A stretch of DNA of 64,000 bases from a virus (Duplodnaviria > Caudoviricetes), in IMG/VR virus record IMGVR_UViG_3300032038_000041, positions 30,412-94,411 of that record, one strand, 5' to 3'. The position numbers and the translations under genes were made by a program. Positions 50,082 through 60,580 of the stretch are shown here, piece by piece. The notes beneath the pieces are model-generated. The model searched no databases, was not told the origin of the DNA, and saw only the letters and a program-made list of their open reading frames with translations. Position 1 is the first letter of the stretch. Every line of letters starts with the position of its first letter.

Positions 50082-50663
50082 GTGGGTGTTTTTGCTTGTG
50101 AAAGTAGAGGCACCTTTTTATTTTTAGTAAATATGGTAAAAGGATATATAGTATATACTAAAAACGGTTCATTATTGTCGTTCATTGAGTATATTGTAAT
50201 TTGGTTAGAAGGATCAACTCGATTTATAGATGACTATAATGATTTAGTCAAGTTAGAGAAAAAATTTATAGGAAACAATATAGATAACTTTATTTCTACT
50301 ATTCCTAATGAATTAAGTAAGTATTCATTGGGCGAGAAAAAAGATGGTTATATTTCAATTCAGGTTAATGCACCGGTTAAAAGGTTAACTAATGAGAAGA
50401 TGAATGAGATTCTTCATAACTTAGTTCCGAAAGGCAGATTTCCTATATCATATAAAGATAATTGTAGATACTATGAAATTACATGCGAAGGACTTATGCA
50501 TGATGTGAATGGATTGGGACCTGATGAAAAATATAGAGATATTTATTTTCCAGATTTAAATTTAGATTTAAAAGAAGTCATAGATATTATAAAATTTAAT
50601 AAAGAGGGATTTATAACACGTACTGATATTCTTCTATATATCTTATATCTCTTAAATGAATAA
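50082..50663 (+). CDS. hypothetical protein (true start likely ATG 50133)
   Basis: The GTG extension runs through a terminator-like hairpin. Confidence 0.6.
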   Translation: MGVFACESRGTFLFLVNMVKGYIVYTKNGSLLSFIEYIVIWLEGSTRFIDDYNDLVKLEKKFIGNNIDNFISTIPNELSKYSLGEKKDGYISIQVNAPVKRLTNEKMNEILHNLVPKGRFPISYKDNCRYYEITCEGLMHDVNGLGPDEKYRDIYFPDLNLDLKEVIDIIKFNKEGFITRTDILLYILYLLNE

Positions 50664-50695
50664 AACGCGTAATATGAACTTTTATAGCCTTATAC

Positions 50696-51121
50696 GTGAA
50701 TGAAAATAAAACTAATAAAAGAAAGCTTATGAAACATAACGATAACAATGATCCTGATCTCCCTGAAAATGAAGAGTTCGAATTTGAACCTGATGAGGAG
50801 GGTTGGGATATAGATGATGATAATTATGAAGAGGAAAAGAATAGATGTCCTTATTCTGATATCATGATGTCTGCTATCCTATGTCCTAAGCCATTTGGAA
50901 TGATTTGGCCTGAAGAAATGATGATCAAACTTCTAAAGAAAAAAGGATATAAGATTCTAACTAGACATGACGGAGAGTTAGAAAAAGATTATAAAGTAGC
51001 TGTTAAACCCGGTGATCCTGTTATTAGCGGGAATGGTTATAGTAATCTACAAAATAAATTTGGAGAAGAAGTACAGAATATTATTATGAACTGGCTTTTA
51101 AAGATTAGTGAAAATAAATAA
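50696..51121 (+). CDS. hypothetical protein, acidic N-terminus
   Basis: Follows the promoter at 50662-50698. Confidence 0.7.
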   Translation: MNENKTNKRKLMKHNDNNDPDLPENEEFEFEPDEEGWDIDDDNYEEEKNRCPYSDIMMSAILCPKPFGMIWPEEMMIKLLKKKGYKILTRHDGELEKDYKVAVKPGDPVISGNGYSNLQNKFGEEVQNIIMNWLLKISENK

Positions 51122-51127
51122 ATTACC

Positions 51128-52642
51128 ATGGAAGAAAAAGAACTCGTACAAAAGTGGAGTAAATTAATTGAAGCTTGTAAGAAATATTATGTAGACTCTC
51201 TTCCAACGGGAATGCTTGATTCAGAGTATGATGAACTAGAAAAACTTGCTCTGGAAGATGGCTTTTCTGCAAGAGACTATGTATTTAAGACTTATATTAC
51301 TGGAACTAGAGTAAAAAACTACTACATCACTAAATTTCCAAAGAAAAAAGCTGAGGGAAAAATGATTGATTCAATGGCAGAAGTTGAAAAATCAATTGGA
51401 AAGAAACTTTATTGGGTTCCTAAGTATGATGGATCTAGTATAGCAATATATTTTGATCCGATGACAGGAAAAGTAAAAAATATTAATACAGTAGGAAATC
51501 TTAATACTACTGATTATGGAATTAGTCAAATGGGAAAACTTATTGATTTTATTCCTAAGAATATTCCAACTGGTGTAGTTGCTATTCAATGTGAGGCTAT
51601 TATTGATCTTAGTAAGATGACAGAGAATCCAGAAAGAGCTAGACAAGCTGTAAATGGACTTATTAATAGCCGATACTTGGATGATAAAGTTAATCAATTG
51701 TTAACTCTAGTTTGTTATCGATATTATATTGATGACACTGTTAGTCCTGCTGCTAAAATAAATACTCTTGTTGACTATAGAGATATGGTTACTAAAGGTT
51801 TTAGTCAGGTTAGGTCACAGTTAGATGGACATTATATGTTTACCCCTGCTCAAGTTTGGACTTTAGACGAATTAAAAACATTGCCTGAAAATTTTACAGA
51901 GAGTGATAGAATTCAAACAAATTCAGTCCTTACTCTGATTGATGGTTGGGTAGCATATGATGAACATGGTGTCTGCCTCGGTGCAATTAAATTCCCTGGT
52001 GCTGGAAGTGGTGATGCGAAAATTACTACAACTGTTAAAAGTATTCAGTGGAATGATCAAGTATCGAAAGGAAAAGATTCATGGTCAGCAAATGTAATCA
52101 TAGATCCAGTAACAATTAAAGGCGTCAAAATTAAAAAACCTAGTGCGGGATCCGTTTCAAAACTAATAACAAAGAATATTACTCCCGGTGCTGAAGTTGG
52201 AATTATTCTAGCAAATAGTACTATCCCGATGGTAGGTGATGTATATAAGCCAGGTAACGGAGATTATCAATGGCCTAAATGTAGTTGCGGCTATCAATTA
52301 GGAAGTAGTGATGTATATGGATCTCTTCTTAAGTGTGGAAATCCTATGTGTACAGAGCGCATTGGACGAATGACAGCTTATATACAAAGCCTAAGTGATA
52401 TTCATAAAGACATTGATTTAAACAAACTATTAGTTATTGATCGATTTAAGTGGGAAAATACTACAATTAATACTGATCAATTGTTGACTTTTGTAGAATG
52501 TGGAAATGAACAGGGTTATCATGACCTTTTAGCATCTTACTTAACAACAGATCTTCAAAAAAGAAATCTAGAATTAGTATGGAAGGCTAGTTTCCTAGTA
52601 CTCAAAAGTTTCTATGAAAATGGAAAAACAGCATCTAATTAA
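51128..52642 (+). CDS. ligA: NAD-dependent DNA ligase (no BRCT)
   Basis: YY..DSEYDEL (domain Ia), KYDG adenylation motif, IDG, C4 zinc finger. Confidence 0.85.
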   Translation: MEEKELVQKWSKLIEACKKYYVDSLPTGMLDSEYDELEKLALEDGFSARDYVFKTYITGTRVKNYYITKFPKKKAEGKMIDSMAEVEKSIGKKLYWVPKYDGSSIAIYFDPMTGKVKNINTVGNLNTTDYGISQMGKLIDFIPKNIPTGVVAIQCEAIIDLSKMTENPERARQAVNGLINSRYLDDKVNQLLTLVCYRYYIDDTVSPAAKINTLVDYRDMVTKGFSQVRSQLDGHYMFTPAQVWTLDELKTLPENFTESDRIQTNSVLTLIDGWVAYDEHGVCLGAIKFPGAGSGDAKITTTVKSIQWNDQVSKGKDSWSANVIIDPVTIKGVKIKKPSAGSVSKLITKNITPGAEVGIILANSTIPMVGDVYKPGNGDYQWPKCSCGYQLGSSDVYGSLLKCGNPMCTERIGRMTAYIQSLSDIHKDIDLNKLLVIDRFKWENTTINTDQLLTFVECGNEQGYHDLLASYLTTDLQKRNLELVWKASFLVLKSFYENGKTASN

Positions 52643-53012
52643 AAATGAAAAAAGTACTGACTTTACTGATTTAACTAGAATGACTTATCATACCATTAAG
52701 GCTATTTTTAGTTATAGAGCTAGAATAACTCAAATAATAGAAATGCTAAGAGTATCTTTTGGTATTGATGAGTTTCAAATATATGATCCGCGTCTAATGA
52801 GAAATGGTGAATTTAATTCATACCTTCTCGATTTTCAACAGGACTTCATGGCAGGTAAGGATGTTGATTTTACAGAACTATACGAAGCAATCATCAAGGC
52901 AGGAGATTTCTTAAGTAGTGAAAGACGATTATTTGAACTAGGAAATGTAGAGGAAAGACTTTGGGGAATTCTGTTAGCTATAACAGATCAAGAAAATGTA
53001 CATAACATTTAA
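52614..53012 (+). CDS. hypothetical protein
   Basis: Operonic ORF. Confidence 0.7.
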   Translation: MKMEKQHLIKNEKSTDFTDLTRMTYHTIKAIFSYRARITQIIEMLRVSFGIDEFQIYDPRLMRNGEFNSYLLDFQQDFMAGKDVDFTELYEAIIKAGDFLSSERRLFELGNVEERLWGILLAITDQENVHNI

Positions 53013-53020
53013 TAAATAAA

Positions 53021-53641
53021 ATGATTGAAGTAAATTTATATCTTATTCCGACGACAGACGCAAATGCTACAGTAGGTCGTCTTGTTGCTCGTAGTCGTTA
53101 TGACAAAGAGGCTATGGGCGTAAGTATTATGAATTTTGTTAAAGGATTCTTGAAGAATAATGTTTCAGAGTTTGAGAGCTCACTTAAGAATCCTGAGTTA
53201 ATTAATCTTATTAACAATGATACTGAACTAACTGTTCGTGATTTAGCTTGTATCAATTATTATCTCCAACGCGCTGGTTTTACTGTTCAAATTCAGAATG
53301 TAACTGATGATGAGGAGAATGCAAATCAGATTGGTGATGATCAAGTAGAATGGAATGTAATTGATTACAACTTTATGCAGAATGATTATCCTACTGCAAT
53401 CAAGATTATTCCTGATGAGGGCATGGATATTCCATCAGTTCTTAAGAAAATTGTTGATCAGGCAGGTTTATTTGATGTAACTAAGTTTAATGGTGTTAAG
53501 AATCCTTTTACAGTACTCTTAGCTAACCTTGAACGAGTTAAACAAATTAACGGATCAGTTTCTAGTTCACTTACAACCCGAATTTATGCCCTCCTAGATC
53601 AAATGGGTATTAAAATCTTTTGTGCAACTAACGCAGATTAA
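53021..53641 (+). CDS. hypothetical protein
   Basis: Operonic ORF. Confidence 0.75.
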   Translation: MIEVNLYLIPTTDANATVGRLVARSRYDKEAMGVSIMNFVKGFLKNNVSEFESSLKNPELINLINNDTELTVRDLACINYYLQRAGFTVQIQNVTDDEENANQIGDDQVEWNVIDYNFMQNDYPTAIKIIPDEGMDIPSVLKKIVDQAGLFDVTKFNGVKNPFTVLLANLERVKQINGSVSSSLTTRIYALLDQMGIKIFCATNAD

Positions 53642-53643
53642 TA

Positions 53644-54096
53644 ATGACAACACTACAAAACGACTTATTAGAGATCTATAACTCCCTAGTAATATTTAGT
53701 GAAAAGACGTTAGATCCTAAATTTCCATGTCCTATTGTAGTATCTTTTATTGAAAATGATAATCAATTATCTTTTGAACAAGGATCAAATTCTATACGGT
53801 TAAGTCTTCCTTTATACTATTGTTTAGCATTGGAAGATCTAAAGAAACCAACATACCTCCTTCCAGAAGATTATGATTATTTAATGTCTACACTCCAATC
53901 TCTCATAGGTTCTGGTGAGTTAATAAAAGATAGAACTTGCTTAAGCCCTGAGAATTGGGGATTTGATATATATGGAGTTGATCTGAGACAGTTTAAGAAA
54001 GGACCAAATATCCTTGGAAGTATTAGATTTATCTCAGGAACTTCTTGGATTTTTAGGATAATGACAAAATTTAAATATAGAAAATGCTTGAACTAA
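53644..54096 (+). CDS. hypothetical protein
   Basis: Operonic ORF. Confidence 0.7.
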   Translation: MTTLQNDLLEIYNSLVIFSEKTLDPKFPCPIVVSFIENDNQLSFEQGSNSIRLSLPLYYCLALEDLKKPTYLLPEDYDYLMSTLQSLIGSGELIKDRTCLSPENWGFDIYGVDLRQFKKGPNILGSIRFISGTSWIFRIMTKFKYRKCLN

Positions 54097-54524
54097 ATTT
54101 TAAAAATGAATCACCAAATCCAGCTCCATCATATGCCGATCCTGGATCAAGTGGGATGGATATACGTGCTTGGTTAGGACAACCTAGTATCACTCTTATG
54201 CCTGGGGAAAGGGTATTAATTCATACAGGAATTTATGCCGATATACCACAGGACTACGAACTACAAGTTAGAAGTAGAAGTGGACTTACTTATAAGAGGG
54301 GATTAGTAGTTGCAAATGGAATTGGAACCATCGACTCATCATATAAAGACGAAATTGGAGTAATTCTTCACAATATCAGTCAAGAAGTACAGACCGTAGA
54401 GGAGGGTGAAAGAGTTGCTCAATTAGTATTGATTAAAGTTGAAAAAGCTCAAATTAATACAGTTGATGAAATTAACAGAGACGGTGATAGAGGTGGTGGA
54501 TTTGGTCATACAGGAACAAAATAA
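54084..54524 (+). CDS. dut: trimeric dUTPase
   Basis: SGMD, RSGL, GTIDSSYKDEI, RVAQL, RGGGFGHTG. Confidence 0.96.
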   Translation: MLELNFKNESPNPAPSYADPGSSGMDIRAWLGQPSITLMPGERVLIHTGIYADIPQDYELQVRSRSGLTYKRGLVVANGIGTIDSSYKDEIGVILHNISQEVQTVEEGERVAQLVLIKVEKAQINTVDEINRDGDRGGGFGHTGTK

Positions 54525-54536
54525 TAATAATAATAT

Positions 54537-55016
54537 ATGAAGGCTAAAAAGAAGAAAGAGAAAGTTGTTGAAGAGAAAGTAGAACAAGTGTTGGGTAATA
54601 ATAATAGTAATTATGATATTAGTCCGGCAGAAACAAGAAAATGGCAAATAGTTAATGGAGCATGGCAGAATGTAGATGAAGTTGCATCAGCCCTTTGGGG
54701 AAGTATTCATGGCTCTTTACTAGAGTATTCTGGACCATTCTTTGCGTATAAAAGTACAAAGAGTAATACAGAATTAGTACAACTAGTGGTAGTTATGAAT
54801 TTTGATAGAAATTCTGGTTTGGTTATTCCTGACAATTTTGGAGTTGGAATGATTACTTCTGGTTTTTCGATGCTACTGCCACACGTGCCAATGCGATATC
54901 TAGAAACTAGTTTGCATAATGACTTAGTTAAGTATAAAGTTGAAACGAATATTATAGATATTTACGAACAATTAATTTTGGAGTATAAAAAAATTTATGG
55001 CGAAAAAGAAAATTAA
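54537..55016 (+). CDS. hypothetical protein overlapping the actin-like gene
   Basis: Operonic ORF. Confidence 0.7.
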   Translation: MKAKKKKEKVVEEKVEQVLGNNNSNYDISPAETRKWQIVNGAWQNVDEVASALWGSIHGSLLEYSGPFFAYKSTKSNTELVQLVVVMNFDRNSGLVIPDNFGVGMITSGFSMLLPHVPMRYLETSLHNDLVKYKVETNIIDIYEQLILEYKKIYGEKEN

Positions 55017-56022
55017 TACAGAATTTATATTATCAGTAGATATTGGTTTTAGTAATGTAAAATATTGTTATTATTCAGAGGATGGAGTTCTTCAGTTTGA
55101 TAAATATATATCAGCAATTGCAAAAATTCCAGATCCTCTTACACTAGATAATGATAGTTTATTCCAACTTGGTTTGGATTATTACCTAATATCTACTCCT
55201 GCTCTTAAAGTAGATAGAAACCTACTTCTTCCTATGGAAACCTTTGAAAATCTAATGGAAGTTTATCCTATTCATGTCTCATACCTTCTTAACAAATTTA
55301 ATAAAGAAGGAAGAAATGTAAATAGAATGGTTTTGGGTCTAAGCCTTGCTTTTAAGGATAGAGCAGATGAATTATTGGATCACTTATATAATACTCTCTG
55401 TATTGAACCATCCACTAACTTCTTTTCTATACTTCCACAAGGATTGAGTGCTAAGATTGCATATTCAGAAGTCGGAAGTAATATAAAAGAAATTGCAAAA
55501 AGAAATGAAACTAAGATGGAATCATTTGGAATCGTCGATGGTGGATTTAATAGTGTTGATGTAGCTATTTGTATTGGTCAAAATGCTGCCGCTGCCGCTG
55601 TTGGTCTTGCTAATACTGGCGTAATTAATATTGCATTTAATCTCAAAGATTATTTGTATAAACAATATGGATTAGTTGTGTCAGTTAAAGAAGCTCAAAC
55701 TATTATTGATTCTGAAGATAAAGTCCTGGTTCGTCGTGGCAGAGTAATAGATCTATCAGAAGAGGTAGATAAGTTCTCTAAGAAATATCTAGTTGATGTA
55801 CTTAATCTTATTGAAGAAAGATTTGGTAATTACCTCGATAATCTAGATGGAATTTTATTCTGTGGTGGAATAGCATATTATATTAATCGATATAAAGAAA
55901 GTATTAGAACAGAGATTGAAAAACATTTTCCCATGAGTTTTATTCATACTCCGGAAATACTAAGTGAATACTATAATTGCTATTCGTATATGAAAATAGC
56001 TGAAAAAATGATTCAGCAATAA
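54997..56022 (+). CDS. ParM/StbA-family actin-like ATPase
   Basis: VDIGFSNVK (phosphate 1), LPQG, VDGGFNSVD (phosphate 2), FCGGIA (adenosine). Confidence 0.85.
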   Translation: MAKKKINTEFILSVDIGFSNVKYCYYSEDGVLQFDKYISAIAKIPDPLTLDNDSLFQLGLDYYLISTPALKVDRNLLLPMETFENLMEVYPIHVSYLLNKFNKEGRNVNRMVLGLSLAFKDRADELLDHLYNTLCIEPSTNFFSILPQGLSAKIAYSEVGSNIKEIAKRNETKMESFGIVDGGFNSVDVAICIGQNAAAAAVGLANTGVINIAFNLKDYLYKQYGLVVSVKEAQTIIDSEDKVLVRRGRVIDLSEEVDKFSKKYLVDVLNLIEERFGNYLDNLDGILFCGGIAYYINRYKESIRTEIEKHFPMSFIHTPEILSEYYNCYSYMKIAEKMIQQ

Positions 56023-56083
56023 AATAAACAAAAGTATAATTAGATGATTAAACTCTAGTTATACTTTCTTTTAATTATATTAC

Positions 56084-56590
56084 ATGGAATCAAAAACAAT
56101 AAAAGGCCAGGCTTGGATACAAGGAGATAGTCTGGTACAGCAGCAAATACTTTTACTTTCAAATGGTTCCGTATGTGAGAACGTAGTGTCTCTTATTGAT
56201 AATATATGGGATAATCTATTAGGAAATGATGATAGTTATCCTATAAAAACAAATGGAAAGGGGTATTTTTATTGGGAATATACAATGAATGATACTGTGG
56301 ATGATAGTATTGAAACTACTATTAATTTTGAATGTCCACGACCTAAAGAAGATCTATTTAAAGAGCCATATGATCCAACTACGGGAAAAACAGATTGGGC
56401 AAAGTATTGGTTAACTAAATTAAAAACTACAGTTGAGAATTCAAAAGCATATAATATTCAAAAAACTGAGTATACTCTCCCAGGAACACAAAGAATGAAC
56501 TTTACAACTGGATTACCTGAGGAGCTTGATGAAGTAAACATTAAGATAAATGATATTGGTGATATTACCAATCTTCTTTCAATGTTTTGA
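56084..56590 (+). CDS. hypothetical protein
   Basis: 168-aa ORF followed by a terminator at ~56600-56640. Confidence 0.7.
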   Translation: MESKTIKGQAWIQGDSLVQQQILLLSNGSVCENVVSLIDNIWDNLLGNDDSYPIKTNGKGYFYWEYTMNDTVDDSIETTINFECPRPKEDLFKEPYDPTTGKTDWAKYWLTKLKTTVENSKAYNIQKTEYTLPGTQRMNFTTGLPEELDEVNIKINDIGDITNLLSMF

Positions 56591-56659
56591 TAAATATTCA
56601 GAACCCTAGTACAACTATCGTATTGGGGTTCTACTTTTCTTCAAAGCCTTATTAATGTG

Positions 56660-56776
56660 ATGATGAGAAAAGAACAAAAAGAAAAATTAATGTATTGGTT
56701 AGCAAAAAAAGCATTGGAAAATAATATTCCATCTAAGGTACTTAACCAATTTAATAGTGCGATAATTAAAGTATGA
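56660..56776 (+). CDS. 38-aa leaderless ORF coupled to dnaJ
   Basis: ATG two bases after promoter CCTTATTAATG (56647-56657); stop overlaps the dnaJ start (ATGA). Confidence 0.4.
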   Translation: MMRKEQKEKLMYWLAKKALENNIPSKVLNQFNSAIIKV

Positions 56777-57807
56777 AAGATTATTATAAAATACTTGGAG
56801 TTGAGAAAACAGCAACTGAGGATGAAATTAAAAAAGCCTACCGAAAAATAGCAATAAAATATCACCCAGATCGAAATCCAGGAAATAAAGAAGCTGAAGA
56901 AAAATTTAAAGAAGCCGCCGAAGCATATGATGTCTTACACGATCCTGAAAAAAGAAAGAAATACGACAATGGAGGAATGGATGAAAGTATGTTTTCAGGA
57001 GGTTCTAGCGGATATGGATTTAATATGGATGATATTTTCTCCAATTTTGGTGATATTTTTGGAGGTATGGGTGGATTTCATTTTAGAGGAAATGGAGGAC
57101 GTGTTAATAGAGGGTCAAACCTTAGAATACGTGTAAAAGTTACCCTAAATGAAATTTATTCCGGAATAACTAAAAAATTTAATATTAAACGATTAGTACA
57201 ATGTCATCAATGCAATGGAACCGGTGGTACTAATAGTATGACTTGCCCAAACTGTAAAGGAACTGGACAGAAAATTAGTATAAGTAATGGCCCACTGGGA
57301 ATAATGAAATCCTTTACTACCTGTGATAAATGTGGTGGTACTGGAACTATCTTTAAAAATCCTTGTTCATGCTGTAATGGATCTGGATTGGAAAGAAAAG
57401 AAGATACAGTTGATATCCAAATTCCTGCAGGCGTGGAGGATGGAACAGTTTTAGTAGTTCAAGGTAAAGGTAATTTTGGACAAAGAGGAGGAGCTCCTGG
57501 AGACCTTCAAATATTTGTTGAAGAGATTCCTGATACTAGATTTCAAAGAGTTGGACAAGACCTACTTAAGAGTATAACAGTGGATGTTCCTACTGCTATT
57601 TTAGGAGGAGAAAAAGAAATAGAAACACTTTCTGGAAAAGTAAATCTTAGTATTAAAGCAGGAACGCAGCCAGGAACAACACTAAGATTAAAAGGAAAAG
57701 GATTACCACCTTATGGAAATTTAATAATTAAAATTGATGTAAAAATACCAACTGACCTAAGTGAAGAACAAAAAGAGCATGTACGTGCCCTGAAAGAGAA
57801 GGATTAG
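56773..57807 (+). CDS. dnaJ: molecular chaperone DnaJ
   Basis: J domain with HPD, G/F region, four CxxCxGxG repeats. Confidence 0.96.
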   Translation: MKDYYKILGVEKTATEDEIKKAYRKIAIKYHPDRNPGNKEAEEKFKEAAEAYDVLHDPEKRKKYDNGGMDESMFSGGSSGYGFNMDDIFSNFGDIFGGMGGFHFRGNGGRVNRGSNLRIRVKVTLNEIYSGITKKFNIKRLVQCHQCNGTGGTNSMTCPNCKGTGQKISISNGPLGIMKSFTTCDKCGGTGTIFKNPCSCCNGSGLERKEDTVDIQIPAGVEDGTVLVVQGKGNFGQRGGAPGDLQIFVEEIPDTRFQRVGQDLLKSITVDVPTAILGGEKEIETLSGKVNLSIKAGTQPGTTLRLKGKGLPPYGNLIIKIDVKIPTDLSEEQKEHVRALKEKD

Positions 57808-57839
57808 CGTCCTTTTTCTTTTTATAACCTTATACTTGT

Positions 57840-58997
57840 ATGATAAAAGAAAATAAATGGATTAATGGAGCAATACCTGCTCTCTTCATTCACTCCTGTA
57901 TTGGAAGTGTTTATTGTTGGTCTCTATTAAAAGGGGACATATCACAGGCTATTGGATGTTCTGTTGGAAGTATAGAATTCGCTTTTTCATTAGCAATTTT
58001 CTTCCTTGGAATGTCAGCAGCTTTTGGTGGACGATTTGTAGAAAGGAATGTAAAGAAAGCTTCACTTCTAAGTACCTTCTGTTTTATTACAGGCCTACTT
58101 GGAACTATCTTAGCAATACAATTAGGAAGTATTCCTTTGTTATTCCTATTCTATGGTGCAATTATGGGTATAGGTCTTGGAATAGGATACCTCAGCCCTG
58201 TAAAAACCCTAATGCTCTGGTTTAAAGAACATAAAGGATTGGCTACCGGAATAGCAATTTCTGGCTTTGGCCTAAGTAAAGTCCTATTCTCACCACTAAT
58301 TGAATGGTGTAATCAGGCGCATGGAGTACAAATGACATTACTCTTAATGGCTGGAATTTCTGCTATTTTCATGAGTATAGCAACTTGGGTAATAAAGAAA
58401 CCTAATGGATGGGTAGAAAAACAAAGTCCATTCTCATTAAAAGAATCATGGCACATTATAACAAACTCTACCTACCTACGAATCTGGTTTATCTTTTACC
58501 TAAATATTACTTGTGGTCTAGCATTAATCAGCTTTGAGAAAACACTGGCACTTGGAGTTGGTATTACGTGGATTGCAATACTATCATCCCTTACAGCAGC
58601 ATTCAATACATTAGGACGATTCGGATATAGTACCTGTTCAGATTACTTACACAGGAAAATTTGGATATATGTAATTATATTCCTAACATCACTGCTAGTT
58701 TGTATTGGAGGAACATCATTATCAATAATAGGTACAGTATTGCTCTTGTGCATCGTAAACTTAGGCTATGGGGGAGGATTCAGTACATTGCCAACTCTCT
58801 TGCAATCTAGGTTTGGTATGGAAAAAATCAGTACTATTCATGGATTTGCATTATCTGCTTGGGCTTGGGCTGGACTTAGTGGAAATCAACTCTCATCATT
58901 CGTTCTAGAGAGATGGGATACTACAATATTACTGTGTATCTTAAGCGGATTGTATGGATTAGCCCTTATTACTAGTATGTCATTGTTAAAAAAGTAA
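57840..58997 (+). CDS. MFS transporter, OFA (oxalate/formate antiporter-like) family
   Basis: Multi-TM; GSVYCWS, GLGIGYLSPVKTLMLWF..KGLATGIAISGFG, YGGGF. Confidence 0.85.
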   Translation: MIKENKWINGAIPALFIHSCIGSVYCWSLLKGDISQAIGCSVGSIEFAFSLAIFFLGMSAAFGGRFVERNVKKASLLSTFCFITGLLGTILAIQLGSIPLLFLFYGAIMGIGLGIGYLSPVKTLMLWFKEHKGLATGIAISGFGLSKVLFSPLIEWCNQAHGVQMTLLLMAGISAIFMSIATWVIKKPNGWVEKQSPFSLKESWHIITNSTYLRIWFIFYLNITCGLALISFEKTLALGVGITWIAILSSLTAAFNTLGRFGYSTCSDYLHRKIWIYVIIFLTSLLVCIGGTSLSIIGTVLLLCIVNLGYGGGFSTLPTLLQSRFGMEKISTIHGFALSAWAWAGLSGNQLSSFVLERWDTTILLCILSGLYGLALITSMSLLKK

Positions 58998-59107
58998 AAT
59001 AAGAGAAAGAGAAGATTTATTCTTCTCCATCTCTTTTTATTTCTTCCTCACTATCTCAAAACCAGGAATTTGTTTGTCTAGTATGTGTGGAAAATAGCAC
59101 AAATTTT
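58996..59107 (-). pseudogene. internally deleted relic of the helicase-like cassette (copy 3)
   Basis: Minus strand reads FPHILDKQIPG-FEIVRKK*, the helicase N-terminal motif fused to its C-terminus; 58996-59064 matches 7973-8041 at 66/69 nt. Confidence 0.85.
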
Positions 59108-59416
59108 GGGTTTTTACTAATATAAGTGTTAGAAAATATTATATTTTTAAAACAAGTATCTGAGAAAATACTTTAAAATTTCCCACAATTTAATTTTCGC
59201 CGAAGCAAAAAAAATAGAGAAGAACATACTTCAATTTATCCGTACGTCTACTTTATCTCTGTAACCCTTTTTTCTTCTCTCTTAAGATATCCACAATAGT
59301 TTACATTAACATTAATTCTAGAAGCTATGCAATATCCTGTTAATATTCTTTTTGTGCAATATCTTTTGGTTAACCTATTTCACCACAAAGGTAGGATTTC
59401 TCCATATATAAGGATT

Positions 59417-60331
59417 TTAGTCTCTAACAAACGTAACTTTTTTCTCAAAAATAGTTTTATATAGAGTTTGTACTCCTTTTGATATATAATCCTCTTTCAT
59501 CAACTTCTTACTGCTAGTGCTTAGATTTCTAGGAGAGATATAACCATTTCTTATTATATCTTTTTCTATTAATTCTTCGAATACCATTAAGCTATTTTCT
59601 AAGTTTTCATGCTGTAAGTAGAATTCTAATCCAGTTTCAGCAAAATCAGGAATAAATTCAGTTCTTGAACTACACGATTCAAAATCTAGTTTTAATTTTG
59701 CTTTTGCTTTAGCCCTCTCTTTTCTATTTACAACTCTTGTTTTCCACATACCACCACCATAAGACTCATACCTAAAAGTTTTTATTCCATACTTAATTTC
59801 TAAGTATTTGTCTCTAGCTTTATCCAAAAGTTCTCTTTGTTCGTGATGTTTTCCATCTACTTCAAAATTGATACTTTTTTCTTTTACATAAGCATCTAGT
59901 GAAATGAAATTTTTATCCATTTCATCTATTGCACCCTTAAAGAAATTAGCTTTTAAAGTTTTAGATTCTTGTCTTAATTCTTTTTCTGATAGAATACCTT
60001 TATATGCTTTTATTATACAATTTTGCCATAGATTAATATCTTCAATTGGAAAGATTATTTCTCTACATATAGGAATTCCAAGGGAAGTAGCATCTTTTTC
60101 AAATTGTTCAAAATACCAAGATTCTCCCATTTTTAAAAGTGAATTTTCGAAGTATTCTCCCTTCTTATTCTTACCTTGTCTTTTAGAAGCAATATTAATT
60201 GTATAATTTCTATTTCGGTTACTGCATATCCAGGTTGGAAATAAGAATTCAGGACAACCATCACTAGCAGTCATATAATTTGATGATCTAATATATTTTA
60301 ATAATAACTCATGTAACTTTTCTTTTGTCAT
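59417..60331 (-). CDS. putative free-standing PD-(D/E)xK / DUF559-like endonuclease
   Basis: SLDAY...INFEVDGKHH...DKARDKYL...GIKTFR. Confidence 0.6.
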   Translation of the reverse strand: MTKEKLHELLLKYIRSSNYMTASDGCPEFLFPTWICSNRNRNYTINIASKRQGKNKKGEYFENSLLKMGESWYFEQFEKDATSLGIPICREIIFPIEDINLWQNCIIKAYKGILSEKELRQESKTLKANFFKGAIDEMDKNFISLDAYVKEKSINFEVDGKHHEQRELLDKARDKYLEIKYGIKTFRYESYGGGMWKTRVVNRKERAKAKAKLKLDFESCSSRTEFIPDFAETGLEFYLQHENLENSLMVFEELIEKDIIRNGYISPRNLSTSSKKLMKEDYISKGVQTLYKTIFEKKVTFVRD

Positions 60332-60400
60332 TTACACATTTACTTTAATTTTCCGAGAGCCACAACAACTCTCTCAAAAGTAAGGAAAAGAATAGGAGAA

Positions 60401-60580
60401 CTAGTCTCCTTTTGTCTTTTCATAATCATACTTTGAATAATGTATGTGTATTTTCCAAAGATGAATATCAAACCCATGAGGTTTCTTTTCAAATCCAAAC
60501 TCAGAATAGTTTCCCATGCTTGCGGATAATATAATATTTATATCACTATTCTTTGTTCCGATATACCAACTCTTATACAT
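60401..60580 (-). CDS. hypothetical 59-aa protein
   Basis: MYKSWYIG...TKGD; overlaps the end of the upstream gene; below the ORF-track cutoff. Confidence 0.45.
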   Translation of the reverse strand: MYKSWYIGTKNSDINIILSASMGNYSEFGFEKKPHGFDIHLWKIHIHYSKYDYEKTKGD

